The translations under genes and the position numbers were made by a program. Positions 30,100 through 40,225 of a stretch of DNA of 64,000 bases are shown in pieces. Below the pieces are notes generated by a model that was given only the letters and a program-made list of their open reading frames with translations, was not told where the DNA came from and did not search any database. The DNA comes from an uncultured Chloroflexia bacterium (lineage in GTDB: Bacteria; Chloroflexota; Chloroflexia; QHBQ01; JADMIH01): positions 736,001 through 800,000 of the forward strand of contig CAWCNY010000003.1 of NCBI GenBank assembly GCA_963797095.1, read 5' to 3'. Every line of letters begins with the position of its first letter. Position 1 is the stretch's first letter.

Positions 30100-31034
30100 G
30101 TAGGATAGGCGGCCAGCGAGTTACCTTTGCAGGCACTTTTCCAACCGCCCTCCCCCGAGCCCTGCGTGCCCGTTTCCGTATCACGTGGCCCTCCGGTGAC
30201 CTATCTCGGCGAGTGCTCGCCCATCATAGCGCCCGTATTGAATGTCATGGTGGCATTTCTGGCAGACTATCAAGGTTTTGCGCTGTCGTGCTGCCATTAT
30301 TCGCATCCATCTTGGTCGTTCTGCGTGACCCTTTTGCTCAACGTCTGCTAACTTCCGTATGGGGTGAACTTCGATTTGCTCCGTTGCACCACATAGCTCA
30401 CAGCGTTGCGCCAGTAGTCGTTCGACCAACTCGCTACGGTCGCTCCAGATGGAGATGTTCAGGACTGTTTCGGCGTTTCGCATCACGCGTACCTCACAGC
30501 TACCGACCATCAGGTCACTTGTGCTCCTTCGCGCTGTGAGCGGACTTCCCGCTCTCCCTGGTGGGTCGTTACTCCCACGACTACTATGAGCTACTCCGTC
30601 ACCATTGGCCCGAAGGCCAACCCTAGGGCTCGAGCCCCTTAGGTGGTCCCATGTTCCGTCACAGAGGAACGTGCTAGAGCGACTTAGGTTCCCCACTCAT
30701 ATCCTTAAATGAGTCATTACTCATCATTCCTGTGTGCAAGGTGTACTACGCACGAAAGTGGATTACGTAGTTCATACAGGCATCGGTGTACAAACGTGCT
30801 ACCGACGTGCGTGCCTTTACGCTACTGGACATTGGGGTTCAGGTAGTTTAGCTTTAACCATATTGCTCAGGTGTTGCAGGGCCACAGTGTACACGTCTTC
30901 GACTGCTCCCCGCTTCACGACATGCTCTTGTTCCCTTTCCCTTTCGGATCCAGGTAAGTATGTTCACCTCGAAGTCATTACCCTGAACTTCGGCCATCTA
31001 CGATGGCGATTCCTCTATGCGTGACATGGCGCAC
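30100..31034 (-). mobile_element. Inner group II intron (ML/IIA-like) with internally deleted ORF, plus the only DV 3' strand and DVI
   Basis: 5' GTGCGCCATGTCACG at 31034; DV-like GAGGGCCACGTGATACGGAAACGGGCACGCAGGGCTC; 3' end ...GCCTATCCTAC. Confidence 0.8.
30181..30483 (-). pseudogene. Intron-encoded protein remnant: RT N-terminus fused in frame to the HNH/En domain
   Basis: MRNAETVLNI joined to ELVERLLAQRCELCG...EVHPIRKL...RKTLIVCQKCH; RT and X domains absent. Confidence 0.8.
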
Positions 31035-31608
31035 GCTTTCCAGGCACGAGGCTCTCCAGTGGTAACTCTATCGATAACTACTCAGTTTCGGCATTCTGCA
31101 TCTCGCATACCTATCTGGCTGGCTATCTGTACCACCTGTGCCCCTTCCCCTTGTACTGGGCGTTACCCCAATCATTTGAGTAGTGTGGGCACTCCGTTAC
31201 CTTAGGCCTCTCGACCCTTAGGCAATCCCGCATTTACCCTTGTCAGACGTTTAGCTCGTTTAGGTGCCTCTCTCGTCCCCTTCCTCCTGTTCGTTACAGG
31301 TCGTTCACCGCGTAGAGCGTTCCATCAGCCGCTATTTTACTGACGTATTGCGGTGACGCCGATTACAAGTATGCTACGGCGGGTCACCAATTCGACCACT
31401 GGAGACTAAGGTTCAGCCAATACAGGTTTCACTATGTGAGCAGGACTTGCGGTGCATCGTGCTACATACTTTCACACTTATCCGCTTTAGTGCCATGCTG
31501 TTTTCCCCTTTGCCTTTCGACGCCAGGTAGGGCAGTTGTCCTTAGGGTCATATGCTCTCAACCCTATCGTCCTGAGAACGAAATCTGATAAGAGCCGAAA
31601 CGGCGCAC
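31035..31608 (-). mobile_element. Outer, ORF-less group II intron (5' part up to the DV loop)
   Basis: 5' GTGCGCCG at 31608; micro-ORF MQNAETE* at 31078-31101; DV 5' strand GAGAGCCTCGTGCCTGGAAAGC ends at the inner intron start. Confidence 0.75.
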
Positions 31609-32199
31609 AGAGCGGTTGGTCCGGCGCTCGACCTTGCGGCCCAGTATCCGGCGTATGGCTCTTGGATAGGCATTATGTCCGTCGGTGGTCACCTTGGCCG
31701 GTCTGTGGCCAACCACTTCTCTGGCCTGCGTGAAGAACTTCTTGGCCGCCTCCATGTCTCGCTTCTCCGAGAGCATCGAGTCCACCAGATTGCCATCACA
31801 GTCTACGGCTCTGTACAGATAACACCATTTTCCGCCAACCTTGACGTACGTCTCGTCTGTGAACCACGATCCACCAGCTTTGCCTTTGCGCCTGGAGCGC
31901 AGTTGCTCGGTGACCAGCGGAGCGAACCGGCTTTCCCAATCTCTCACCGCTTCGTGGGTGAACTCGAAGCCTCGCTCCAGGAACATCTCAGCAAGATCTC
32001 GCAGGCTCAACTCGTAGCGTAGTCTCCACAAGACTACCGGGAACACTATGTCCGTGGGGAACTGGAGATGATTGCAAATGGTGCCTGTTCGCTCGTTGAA
32101 GACGCGAGTACACACTCTACAACGGAACACGTTGTAGCCGAGGGAGGTTTTCCTGGAGAGAAGGGTAGTGAAAGAGGGGGAGCAGTGAAGGCAATTCGT
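31609..32199 (-). CDS. IS6 transposase, exon 1 (Zn ribbon + DDE); the expected start codon reads ACG
   Basis: NCLHC...CRVC...FNERTGT, LSLRDLAEMF, DETYVKV, YLYRAVD, TTDGH..YPRAI. Confidence 0.8.
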
Positions 32200-32364
32200 C
32201 GGAAGTCCTTGGGTATTCCTTGCTAGGAGATGGCTGGAGTTGGGTAAGCATACTCTATAATCGTCATCATCGCCACCACCTGTTCTCATTTCTGACGCTT
32301 CCTAGCTCTCAGGCAAATACTGGAACTGCTTGGATTACCGGTTGAAGATCCCGGATAATACTCT

Positions 32365-34791
32365 CTACGCCAGGGTCTTGGTGGCTTCCGCCAGGTTCAG
32401 TCTGTTGATGCGCCGGATGGCGGGGAGGGTGGCAACTTCCATTGTCAGGAGGATGCCCAGGGAAGCCAGCACGTAGCTCAGCGGAGCGATCACGATCTTG
32501 AATTGAATCAGGTCCGAGGAGAAAGCCGCTCCCATCTGGGCTGCTGCTAATGTTCCCAGCAAGATGCCCGGTATCAGCACCACAATCCAGGTAATGACGT
32601 TCTCAATGCTCATCTGCCAGGTAATCGGGCCGCCCCCCATACCCACGGCGCGCATCGTGGCGAACTCCCGTTGGCGCTCCAGCACGTTCACAGTCATGGA
32701 GTTGAACAGCAGCGCGAAAGACATCGCCACAGCGAAGGCCAGCACCACTCCCATGAAGAGATAGAAGAACCCCATAAGCGAGTTCCAGTCGCTCTCCACC
32801 TCCGACTTGAGCCGCACGCTTGCCGCGCCCGGCAGATGATACAAATTGGCCTTGATAGCCTGAGCCTGGGACGGGTCCACGGTGAGGTACAGCCCATTGA
32901 AGATAGCCCCGGACCCGGCAGGCACGCCCGCCAGTTGCAGGGCGGTGCCAACAGAGATAAAAGCGGACGAGCCGCTCAGTTCGTCGGACGTGCCCCCCAG
33001 CGTGAAGTCCTCCTTGCCCAGGGGAGTGCTCACCTGGAGGGTATTGCCTATGGAGAGCTGCAGCTTGTCGGCCAGATCGGGCGTGAGCACCATGCGGTTG
33101 CCTGCCAACGCCGGCTCGGGCGTCGCGCCTGCAGAGGACCCACCTGAGAGCTGCAGCACGTGCATCTTCTGGGCTGGATTGAACGCCGTGAGAAAGGCAT
33201 CCACGCTGTGGCCATTGGCCTGCAGGCTGACCGGTAGCTGGATTATCGGCTCGACCTGCCGCACGCCCGTCCAGCCCTTCACCTGATCGAGGGTTGGCTG
33301 CTGCTGGGGGTCATTGAACGTGACCGAAACGTCCCAGCGCTCCACATCATTGAAGTTGTGGCTCAGCAGGTATGACATGGAGTCGAACATACCCCAGCTC
33401 ACGAGCACGAGAATGAAGGCCAATACTATACCCAGCCCGGTGCTGAGGGAACGAGCGCGCACGCGAAACACGTTGCGCAGCGGCAATCGCAGCCAGATAG
33501 AGGGGTGCAGCCCCCGCAGCACCCGCTCCAACCAGGATACTCGCCCATGCACCAGGGCCAGAGCGGGGTCCATGCGCATTGCGTCGGCGGGGGCCATGCG
33601 CATTGCGGCGCGGGCTGGCCCCGCGCAGGCAAGCAGTGAGAAGAGCAGGCTGAGGCCCACTCCGATGATCACCACGTCAGCATAGAAACGCGACTCCACC
33701 AACGGGATGCCCAGCTCGGCCGCGTATTCGCTCGTGACCACGTTCGATAGTAACAGGCCGCCCGGAATGCCAACGATCGCCCCGCCAAGAGCGATCAACA
33801 ACCCGAAGGTCAGGTAGTGCGCCATCACCGCCCCGTTGCTGTAGCCTATCGCTTTCATCAGCCCGATCTGGGGCTGCTGAGATCGCACGGTGCGCCCGAG
33901 CATCGCGTACATAGCAATCGCCGACACGATGAGGATCAGGCCGGGCATCAGGGTGGAAAGTTCGCGATATCCGTCGAGGTCGAGGCTGAGAGCTTCGTTG
34001 GACGGCTGGGTCGAGCGCGGGGTGACGGCCGTCACCCCGTACGGCGCGAGCACGGCCTGGACGTCGCTTTGCACCTTCTGTGCATTTACGCCGGGGGCGT
34101 AGCGCACGACTATATCGTTGATAGCGCCTGCGCCGACTGCGGGGCTGCTCGCCGTTCCCTGGCCGGCTTGCGCTTGCAGCTGTTGCAACTCCGGAAGGGG
34201 CACGAACAACACGGCGAACGTGCGCGCCGAGGGGAGAATATCCTGCCTGCTTGGTGTGACTACCAGATATTCTGGGCTGGCAGCTATGCCGTCCACCGTG
34301 AAATCTGTTCGTTGGCCGTTTATGATAGGGCTCACCATGCCGCCGGGCTGGATCCCGTAAATGTCCGCAAAGTGCTTTTCAACGAGGGCCGAGGTGGTAT
34401 CGCCCGCCGACAGGTAATGACCCTGTGTGACCAGAACATCGTTCACCGAAGGGTGCTGGCCCGCCGGCAGCCCGATGAGGCGAGCGCGTATCTGCGCGCC
34501 GCTTGAAAGCTGGAAACCTGTATCAACTACGAGCCGGCCCGTGGCGGCCTCCACGCCGGGCACCTGGGCCACGGCGTCAGCAGCGCTCTCGGGCGCGGAC
34601 TGCAAGGAGAATGTGGCGTCGGCGAATTTGAGAAGGTCGTAGGTGCGGTTGTATGAGCTCGACAGGTCACGGTATGCTCCGACCAGCGCGATGAAGCTGG
34701 CGATCCCGAGCGCCACGATCAGGACCAGCGCACCCGTCTGGGCGAGGGCAGCTCGAAGGTCACGGTATGTCTTGTGCAGGAGAGTGTTCAT
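32365..34791 (-). CDS. ABC transporter permease, duplicated FtsX/MacB-type
   Basis: Two FtsX-like TM blocks (QIGLMKAIGY; ERQREFATMRAVG) with large extracytoplasmic domains. Confidence 0.9.
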   Translation of the reverse strand: MNTLLHKTYRDLRAALAQTGALVLIVALGIASFIALVGAYRDLSSSYNRTYDLLKFADATFSLQSAPESAADAVAQVPGVEAATGRLVVDTGFQLSSGAQIRARLIGLPAGQHPSVNDVLVTQGHYLSAGDTTSALVEKHFADIYGIQPGGMVSPIINGQRTDFTVDGIAASPEYLVVTPSRQDILPSARTFAVLFVPLPELQQLQAQAGQGTASSPAVGAGAINDIVVRYAPGVNAQKVQSDVQAVLAPYGVTAVTPRSTQPSNEALSLDLDGYRELSTLMPGLILIVSAIAMYAMLGRTVRSQQPQIGLMKAIGYSNGAVMAHYLTFGLLIALGGAIVGIPGGLLLSNVVTSEYAAELGIPLVESRFYADVVIIGVGLSLLFSLLACAGPARAAMRMAPADAMRMDPALALVHGRVSWLERVLRGLHPSIWLRLPLRNVFRVRARSLSTGLGIVLAFILVLVSWGMFDSMSYLLSHNFNDVERWDVSVTFNDPQQQPTLDQVKGWTGVRQVEPIIQLPVSLQANGHSVDAFLTAFNPAQKMHVLQLSGGSSAGATPEPALAGNRMVLTPDLADKLQLSIGNTLQVSTPLGKEDFTLGGTSDELSGSSAFISVGTALQLAGVPAGSGAIFNGLYLTVDPSQAQAIKANLYHLPGAASVRLKSEVESDWNSLMGFFYLFMGVVLAFAVAMSFALLFNSMTVNVLERQREFATMRAVGMGGGPITWQMSIENVITWIVVLIPGILLGTLAAAQMGAAFSSDLIQFKIVIAPLSYVLASLGILLTMEVATLPAIRRINRLNLAEATKTLA

Positions 34792-34818
34792 GGCAGGAAA
34801 CCTCCGAGAAACATACGG

Positions 34819-35553
34819 CTACCAGACGAGCTCGGCCACGGGGATCGGGTGAGCATTGGCCTCTACGTGGTCGATCATGCCGTCCCGCAGCCTTACTACT
34901 CGATCCGCGATGGGTGCGATCGCGGTATTGTGAGTAACCAGTAACACAGTCGAGCCTTCCTGCTTGTTGAGATTGCGAATCACCTGCAAAACCTGCTGGC
35001 CGGTAGCTACGTCCAGATTCCCGGTGGGCTCGTCGCATAATATCAGGGGTGGGTGCGTGGCGAGGGCGCGAGCGATGGCCACGCGTTGTTGCTCGCCGCC
35101 GGATAGTTGCGATGGGAAGTGGCTTGCGCGCTCCTCCAGGCCCACCATGCCGAGAAGCTCGACCGCTTCGTGCCGCTGCTTGCTTCCGTCTCCTTCTACG
35201 AGAGCCAGGGCAAGCTCCACGTTCTCCGCGGCAGTGAGAGTGGGGATCAGGTTGAAGAACTGGAAAATAAAGCCGACTTTGCGGCGCCGGTATGCGGTCA
35301 GTTCTCGCTCGTCATAGCGAGCAATATTCTCCCCATCCACGATCACCGAGCCGCCGGTCGGCCTGTCCAGCCCGCCAAGCAGATTGAGAGTGGTGGTCTT
35401 GCCGCAACCCGAAGGGCCAAGAAGCACTACGAATTCTCCGCGGTTGATGAGCAGGTTAAGTCCCCGCAACGCGTGGACCGTGACGTCGCCCATCTTGTAA
35501 TCGCGCGTCAGCCCTCTCAATTCGATCAATGGCTCGGGTGATTCGATAGACAT
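34819..35553 (-). CDS. ABC transporter ATP-binding protein (LolD/MacB-like)
   Basis: GPSGCGKT, LSGGEQQRVAIARA, DEPTGNLD, VTH. Confidence 0.95.
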   Translation of the reverse strand: MSIESPEPLIELRGLTRDYKMGDVTVHALRGLNLLINRGEFVVLLGPSGCGKTTTLNLLGGLDRPTGGSVIVDGENIARYDERELTAYRRRKVGFIFQFFNLIPTLTAAENVELALALVEGDGSKQRHEAVELLGMVGLEERASHFPSQLSGGEQQRVAIARALATHPPLILCDEPTGNLDVATGQQVLQVIRNLNKQEGSTVLLVTHNTAIAPIADRVVRLRDGMIDHVEANAHPIPVAELVW

Positions 35554-35563
35554 TGCACTTTCC

Positions 35564-36238
35564 TTATGAAGAGGCCGGGGACCAGGGGCTGGTAGCCTGA
35601 ACAGATCCTAGCCTCTGGCCCCTGGCCCCTGGCCCCTTTGGTTCTTCCATGATACCTTCCAGCATCAGCCTCATCGAAGCTTCAATGCTCCGCCGTAGCG
35701 GTACCGTTTCCGGGTCGACCAGCCATAGCAGCCCCAGGCCCTCATACATGCCCGTCATGGCGGTGGCCGCAGCCTGGGGGTCTACGTTGCGAAACTCGCC
35801 GCTGTCTATGCCCTGCCGGATGATCTCGCCCAGCCCCTCCTGGAATCGCCTGAGGTATTGCTTTACGGACTGCTTCACGACGTTGTGCCGGCTGATCAGC
35901 CCATAGAACTCGAGGGCGATCGGGACGAACCAGGTCATGCGCTCCAAGTCCGCGGCACTGCGCCTGGCATAGGTGATGAGCCTCTCGCCAGCGGGACCTT
36001 CGGTATGTATCAAGGTATGCAGTTCGGCGAATTCTATGTCGAAAATGCGGTTGAGCAACGCCTCGATGACGGCGTCCTTGCTCCGGAAATACCAGTAAAG
36101 CGCTCCTTTACTCAGGTGCGCCTCCTCCACGATGTCGTCCATCCGCGCCTTGTGGAAGCCAAGGCGGGCGAACACGGTGGTGGCCGCTTCGAGTATCTGA
36201 TTCTTGCGCTCTTCGCTTACGTCGGGTCGGGGGGCCAT
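35564..36238 (-). CDS. TetR/AcrR family regulator
   Basis: ILEAATTVFARLGF...MDDIVEEAHLSKGALYWYFRSK. Confidence 0.93.
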   Translation of the reverse strand: MAPRPDVSEERKNQILEAATTVFARLGFHKARMDDIVEEAHLSKGALYWYFRSKDAVIEALLNRIFDIEFAELHTLIHTEGPAGERLITYARRSAADLERMTWFVPIALEFYGLISRHNVVKQSVKQYLRRFQEGLGEIIRQGIDSGEFRNVDPQAAATAMTGMYEGLGLLWLVDPETVPLRRSIEASMRLMLEGIMEEPKGPGARGQRLGSVQATSPWSPASS

Positions 36239-36257
36239 AGGCTATAGCACCTTCGCA

Positions 36258-36316
36258 AATAACTGACCGCCCAGTCGGTCAGTTATTATTATGGGTTACG
36301 AATCGAAAATTGTCAA
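36258..36316 (-). promoter_or_regulatory. Sigma70 promoter plus 12-6-12 TetR operator
   Basis: Minus-strand TTGACA-17-CATAAT (36316-36288) immediately followed by AATAACTGACCG-N6-CGGTCAGTTATT (36258-36287). Confidence 0.8.
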
Positions 36317-36519
36317 TACCTTTGTCAGCAACTGATCACAAATTCGGTGGCCGTACGCTGTAAATCACAGAATTATCTGGCGGGAATTAGCCAGCAATAT
36401 GTGACGCACTCTCGCTGCTAGTTTTCAGATAATTCGGGTAATTAGGGCACCCCTATCTTCCTCTTCTTAGTGCAAACCCCTTCTCGGTCTCTTCGGCAGT
36501 AATAGACTCGACCCAAAAT

Positions 36520-37387
36520 GGTTGTGTTGCAGAAATAAGGACGCTCTGGTTGCAAGTAAAAGAGGGTATGCGGCGGCCAGAAGCCTATGGATCAAGCAGT
36601 CAAGCCGAAGGCCCGGTCGATGAACCGCACCTGACTAACAATATCGCCTTTGCTTGTTCCTTGTACCTGTCCCTTTCTCAGTTGGTTCATCGCCTCGTAG
36701 CCATCGATGGTTCGCCATGCTGTCATACAGGACCAGAATCCTAGACCCGGTCGTACACGCCCTTGATAAAGCGATGATCCTGTTCTACTATGTTGTTCAA
36801 GTACTTAATAGGTCGCAGTTTGCACGCAGGATCAAGCGTACCTTCGGCCTGCAACACCTCAACAGCTGGTGGATAGGCGGCATTCTTGTCAACATTCACC
36901 ACTCGGGGCATAACAATGTGTGCTTGGCCCAACGCTTTACGGAAAAAGCACTCCGCCGCGCCAGCATGGCGGTGGGGACTTAGCATGAACTCCAGAGTGT
37001 CGCCGGCAGAATCCACAGCACGATAGAGATACATCCATGTACCGCGCACTTTGATGTAGGATTCGTCAACTCGCCAAGAGTCATTGGTGGCTTTGAGTTG
37101 GGCACGAACACGCTTTTCGAGTTGTGGGGCATAATGCTGTACCCAGCGGTAGACCCAGCGGTAGATTGTAGTGTGGTCTGCGTGGAGGCCACGCTCAGTC
37201 ATTATTTCTTCCAGATCACGGTAGCTTAATGAGTAGCGCAAGTACCAGCGGACACAAAGCAGGATGACTTCGAGTTGATAATGTCGCCATTTGAAGGGAT
37301 TGTCCTGGTTCAAAGCTTCGCCTCCGCCATCAATAACTACACTTGCTCGATGATTTATCAGGCTTGCTGAATTTTCGCAACAAAGCC
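36520..37387 (-). mobile_element. IS6-family element (868 bp) with frameshifted transposase
   Basis: IRs GGTTGTGTTGCAGAAAT / GGCTTTGTTGCGAAAAT; FKWRHY...YLYRAVD...YLNNIVEQDHRFIK, frameshift near 36760; YRWV duplicated. Confidence 0.85.
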
Positions 37388-37640
37388 CCAAGGAGGGAAC
37401 GCACCGATTATTGCAGGTGCGTATCCAGGTATTAGACGAGGAGTTGAGGCGAAGCTTCGAGCGATGGTATCCAGGCATGAGGGCAGCGATTCCAGAGCCA
37501 GGAGTAGAGCGGAAAACCGAACTGGAGGCGTATGCAGTTTATCAAGCCACTACAGCCAATGCAGCCCGACTTCGCCGGATCGAAGGGCACAAGATGGCCC
37601 GGGTGGGCTACACCATGCCCCCGGGGTTTGAATGGCCTCC
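37388..37640 (+). pseudogene. C-terminal remnant of a probable ISKra4-family transposase
   Basis: GTHRLLQVRIQVLDEELRRSFERWYPGM resembles the ISKra4 C-terminus; cut off by IS6. Confidence 0.5.
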
Positions 37641-37695
37641 ATATTCACCTCCTATTCACCTTGTGTTACCCCGATATTAGCCTCTTCCTCCTATA

Positions 37696-38775
37696 ATGGC
37701 CGTGCTGCCTGTAGTGCGGCCGGTAGCACTGTGTCGGACACGTGATCGGAGCGCGGAGGCTATGGATTTGTTTCCTGCCATCTTACTATTGTGCGGAGCG
37801 GCTGTTACCGGCGCCAGCGTGCTAGTCCTGCGATGGACCGGGCATCTTGTGCGGCGCATGGGCCGCCGAGCACAACTGGGCCTCGGCATTGTTGCGTGGA
37901 TCGTTGAAGCGGTCTTTTTGGCCGCGGTGCTCCTGCTCGTGAGCGGGGCATTCGTGCCAAGCGCGGTGCTGGCTCCCGGCACCTTGAACAAGGCCTGGGT
38001 GGAGGTGACTATTGCGCTGGCTCTGCTGGCGGCGCTGGCCCTCCTCGCTCGACTGTGGGGGGTGCCAACCCTGGCCGAAGTAGGGCTCTCCGTGCCGGTG
38101 AAGGGACGGTGGGGCTACACCCTGCGAGATCTCGGCTTCGGGCTGGCGCTCGGCCTGCTCGCCGCCGGGGTTATTCCTGCAGCGGGGGCTATCGGGGGCT
38201 GGGAGCACCTGACCGGGCTGGCCCCACTCGACCAGGTTGCCCCGGACCTGCTCCTCGCGGCGGTCTTCTTCATAGCCACAGGGCTCTTCGAGGAGTTGCT
38301 GTTTCGCGGCTGCGCCTTCGCCCTGGTGGCGCGGCTGGGGGGATTGCCCGCGGCGTGGGTGATCAGCGTCCTCGTATTCAGCCTGGCGCACGGCGCGAAC
38401 CCGGGCGCGTCCGTGATGGCGGTGGTGGGCGTGGCGGTGGCATCCATCGCGCTCGCCCTGGGTCTGTTGAGGGCGGGTGCGCTCTGGCTGCCCATAGCAT
38501 TCCACGCGAGCTGGAACTGGGCTCTGGGAAGCCTGTACGGATACGCGGTCAGCGGTATCGGGCTGGGTGGTCTGATGCAGAGGGAGATCGATCCCACCGC
38601 GCCCGCCTGGGCCACCGGAGGCGGCTTTGGTCCCGAGGCTGGCCTCTTCGGAATCCTCGCATTCGCGCTGGCGGGCGTCGCCATCTGGCTATACACGGGG
38701 CAGGCGCACACGCAAGCGGGTGCGGCCCGCCTATTCGCCGCGGGCACACCGGAGAGAAGCGCCCAGGCGCGATGA
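37696..38775 (+). CDS. CPBP (Abi/CAAX) intramembrane glutamic protease
   Basis: EELLFRG, FSLAH, HASWN motifs; TGGGFGPEAG. Confidence 0.9.
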   Translation: MAVLPVVRPVALCRTRDRSAEAMDLFPAILLLCGAAVTGASVLVLRWTGHLVRRMGRRAQLGLGIVAWIVEAVFLAAVLLLVSGAFVPSAVLAPGTLNKAWVEVTIALALLAALALLARLWGVPTLAEVGLSVPVKGRWGYTLRDLGFGLALGLLAAGVIPAAGAIGGWEHLTGLAPLDQVAPDLLLAAVFFIATGLFEELLFRGCAFALVARLGGLPAAWVISVLVFSLAHGANPGASVMAVVGVAVASIALALGLLRAGALWLPIAFHASWNWALGSLYGYAVSGIGLGGLMQREIDPTAPAWATGGGFGPEAGLFGILAFALAGVAIWLYTGQAHTQAGAARLFAAGTPERSAQAR

Positions 38776-38789
38776 AGCGGCCTGCGAAG

Positions 38790-40003
38790 CCCGTAGTGTG
38801 CGGAAACACTATCCACGGCAGTGACAGCTTCATGCAGCTTGGTAATTGTCATGGTAGTAGTCATGGATGATGCCTCCGAGAACATCCCGCCTACATATGG
38901 GAGCTGATAAGGAAACGGGTTCTTCTGCCAGCCGAACTGGGATCTGCTGGCTTATACCTTGATGTGCTCGGCGGTGATTGTAATAGTCAATGTACTTGGC
39001 CAGCACTCGCCGCAGGTGCTTTTCACTGATGATAAGCAGGTGATCGAGGCATTCCTCTCGTACTGTCCGAACCCATCGTTCCGCATATGCATTTGCGTTG
39101 GGTGCCAGGTAGGGGGTGAGTATAGTTTCAACGCCTCCAGAGACGAAAACTGTCCCGAAGGAAGAAGCGAACTTGGCATTCCGGTCGTGGATAAGGAAGC
39201 GTATGGGTAACTTTCCATCCCGGATATGCTGAGTATTCCACAGATCCCAGGCGAGATTGCGTGCTTGTTGGGTGACCCACTCGGACGTAGGGTGAGGCGT
39301 ACAACCGGCCAAGCGCACTCTGCGAGTGCCCACCTCTATGAAAAAGAGCATGTACAGCGTCTGCAAGCGTATCGTCTCCACTGTGAAGAAATCGCAAGCA
39401 AGCATCTGGCCAGCATAGTGGCCCAGGAAGGTGCGCCAACTGCTGCTGTTCTTACTGCGCTGGGTCGAGGGTGGAATACGGTTGCGTTTGAGGATGTCTC
39501 GTACAGTGGAACGCCCAATGGAGTAACCGAGTTTGAGCAGCTCACCTTGTATCCTGCATAGCCCCATCGCGGGTTCTCCCTGGCTAATCGCACGACTAGC
39601 TCGTTGATTTCTGGCCCAACAGAGGGTTTGCCAGGCCGACCTTCTCTCCGATAAGTCCACTTACGTCTCACCAGTTCTCTGTGCCACCTGAGGACGGTGT
39701 CAGGTTTGAACAGCAGGACAGCCTCGTCCAGCCTTCTGCCGACATCTGTGGCATCTCTGCTCAAGGCTTTGAGCCGAACAGCAAGGACAGCGAGCGCGCA
39801 TTTCTCCCAACGGGAAGAGCGAGGTGGCTTGGAGTTAGAGAGCTTGCGCTGTAGGATACGGAGTTGCTGACGCAGCAGTAGTATTTGGAGATCCTTGTAA
39901 CCATCGGAGGGGCGGGTGGAGACGAACAGGTCCAACAGCAGGCCAAAGATATGCGCGAAAACTAGGTGAGGCGTGGTCATAAATAAAGAGCCGCACTCAA
40001 GGG
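38790..40003 (-). mobile_element. IS-like element with frameshifted rve integrase-core transposase
   Basis: ORF 39980->38830 broken at ENPRWGY|RIQGEL; ACDFFTVET, LIHDR, NAYAERWVRTVREECLD; imperfect ends CCCGTAGTGTGCGG / CCCTTGAGTGCGG. Confidence 0.75.
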
Positions 40004-40068
40004 TTGCCTGAGCGCGGCAACCTCCGTACCATTGTGGTTGCGACACCAAACAAGGGGAGGCAACCACA

Positions 40069-40225
40069 ATGGTACAACACAATACTCTGCTTGTCATGTT
40101 GGTGCAGTTGGTGGACCACATACCAACTCCGCCACAGGTCAAGCAGGGAAGGGGCAGGCCGACTATCTATCCGGAGCGGCTCTTTCTCAAAGCATTGGTC
40201 ATTATGATCGTGAAGCATCTACATA
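40069..40225 (+). pseudogene. N-terminal fragment of an IS4/IS5-like transposase
   Basis: LLVMLVQLVDHIP...GRGRPTIYPERLFLKALVIMIV; similarity stops at the intron remnant. Confidence 0.55.

Larger units (their letters stand above)
29786..32302 (-). mobile_element. IS6-family element (~1.0 kb) carrying a 1509-nt group II intron insertion
   Basis: Terminal IRs GGAAGCGTCAGGACTCAG (29786) and GGAAGCGTCAGAAATGAG (reverse strand, ending 32302); no target duplication. Confidence 0.85.

Noticed and set aside
30100-31608. Circularly permuted group II intron
   Set aside because: Domain order is DI to DVI for both modules; DV/DVI do not precede DI.
36370-36435. MITE bounded by GAATTATCTG / CAGATAATTC
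   Set aside because: Only a 10-bp IR, single copy, no target duplication.
29786-37387. Composite transposon carrying the TetR/ABC module
   Set aside because: The two IS6 elements have different IRs and transposases, and no shared target duplication.
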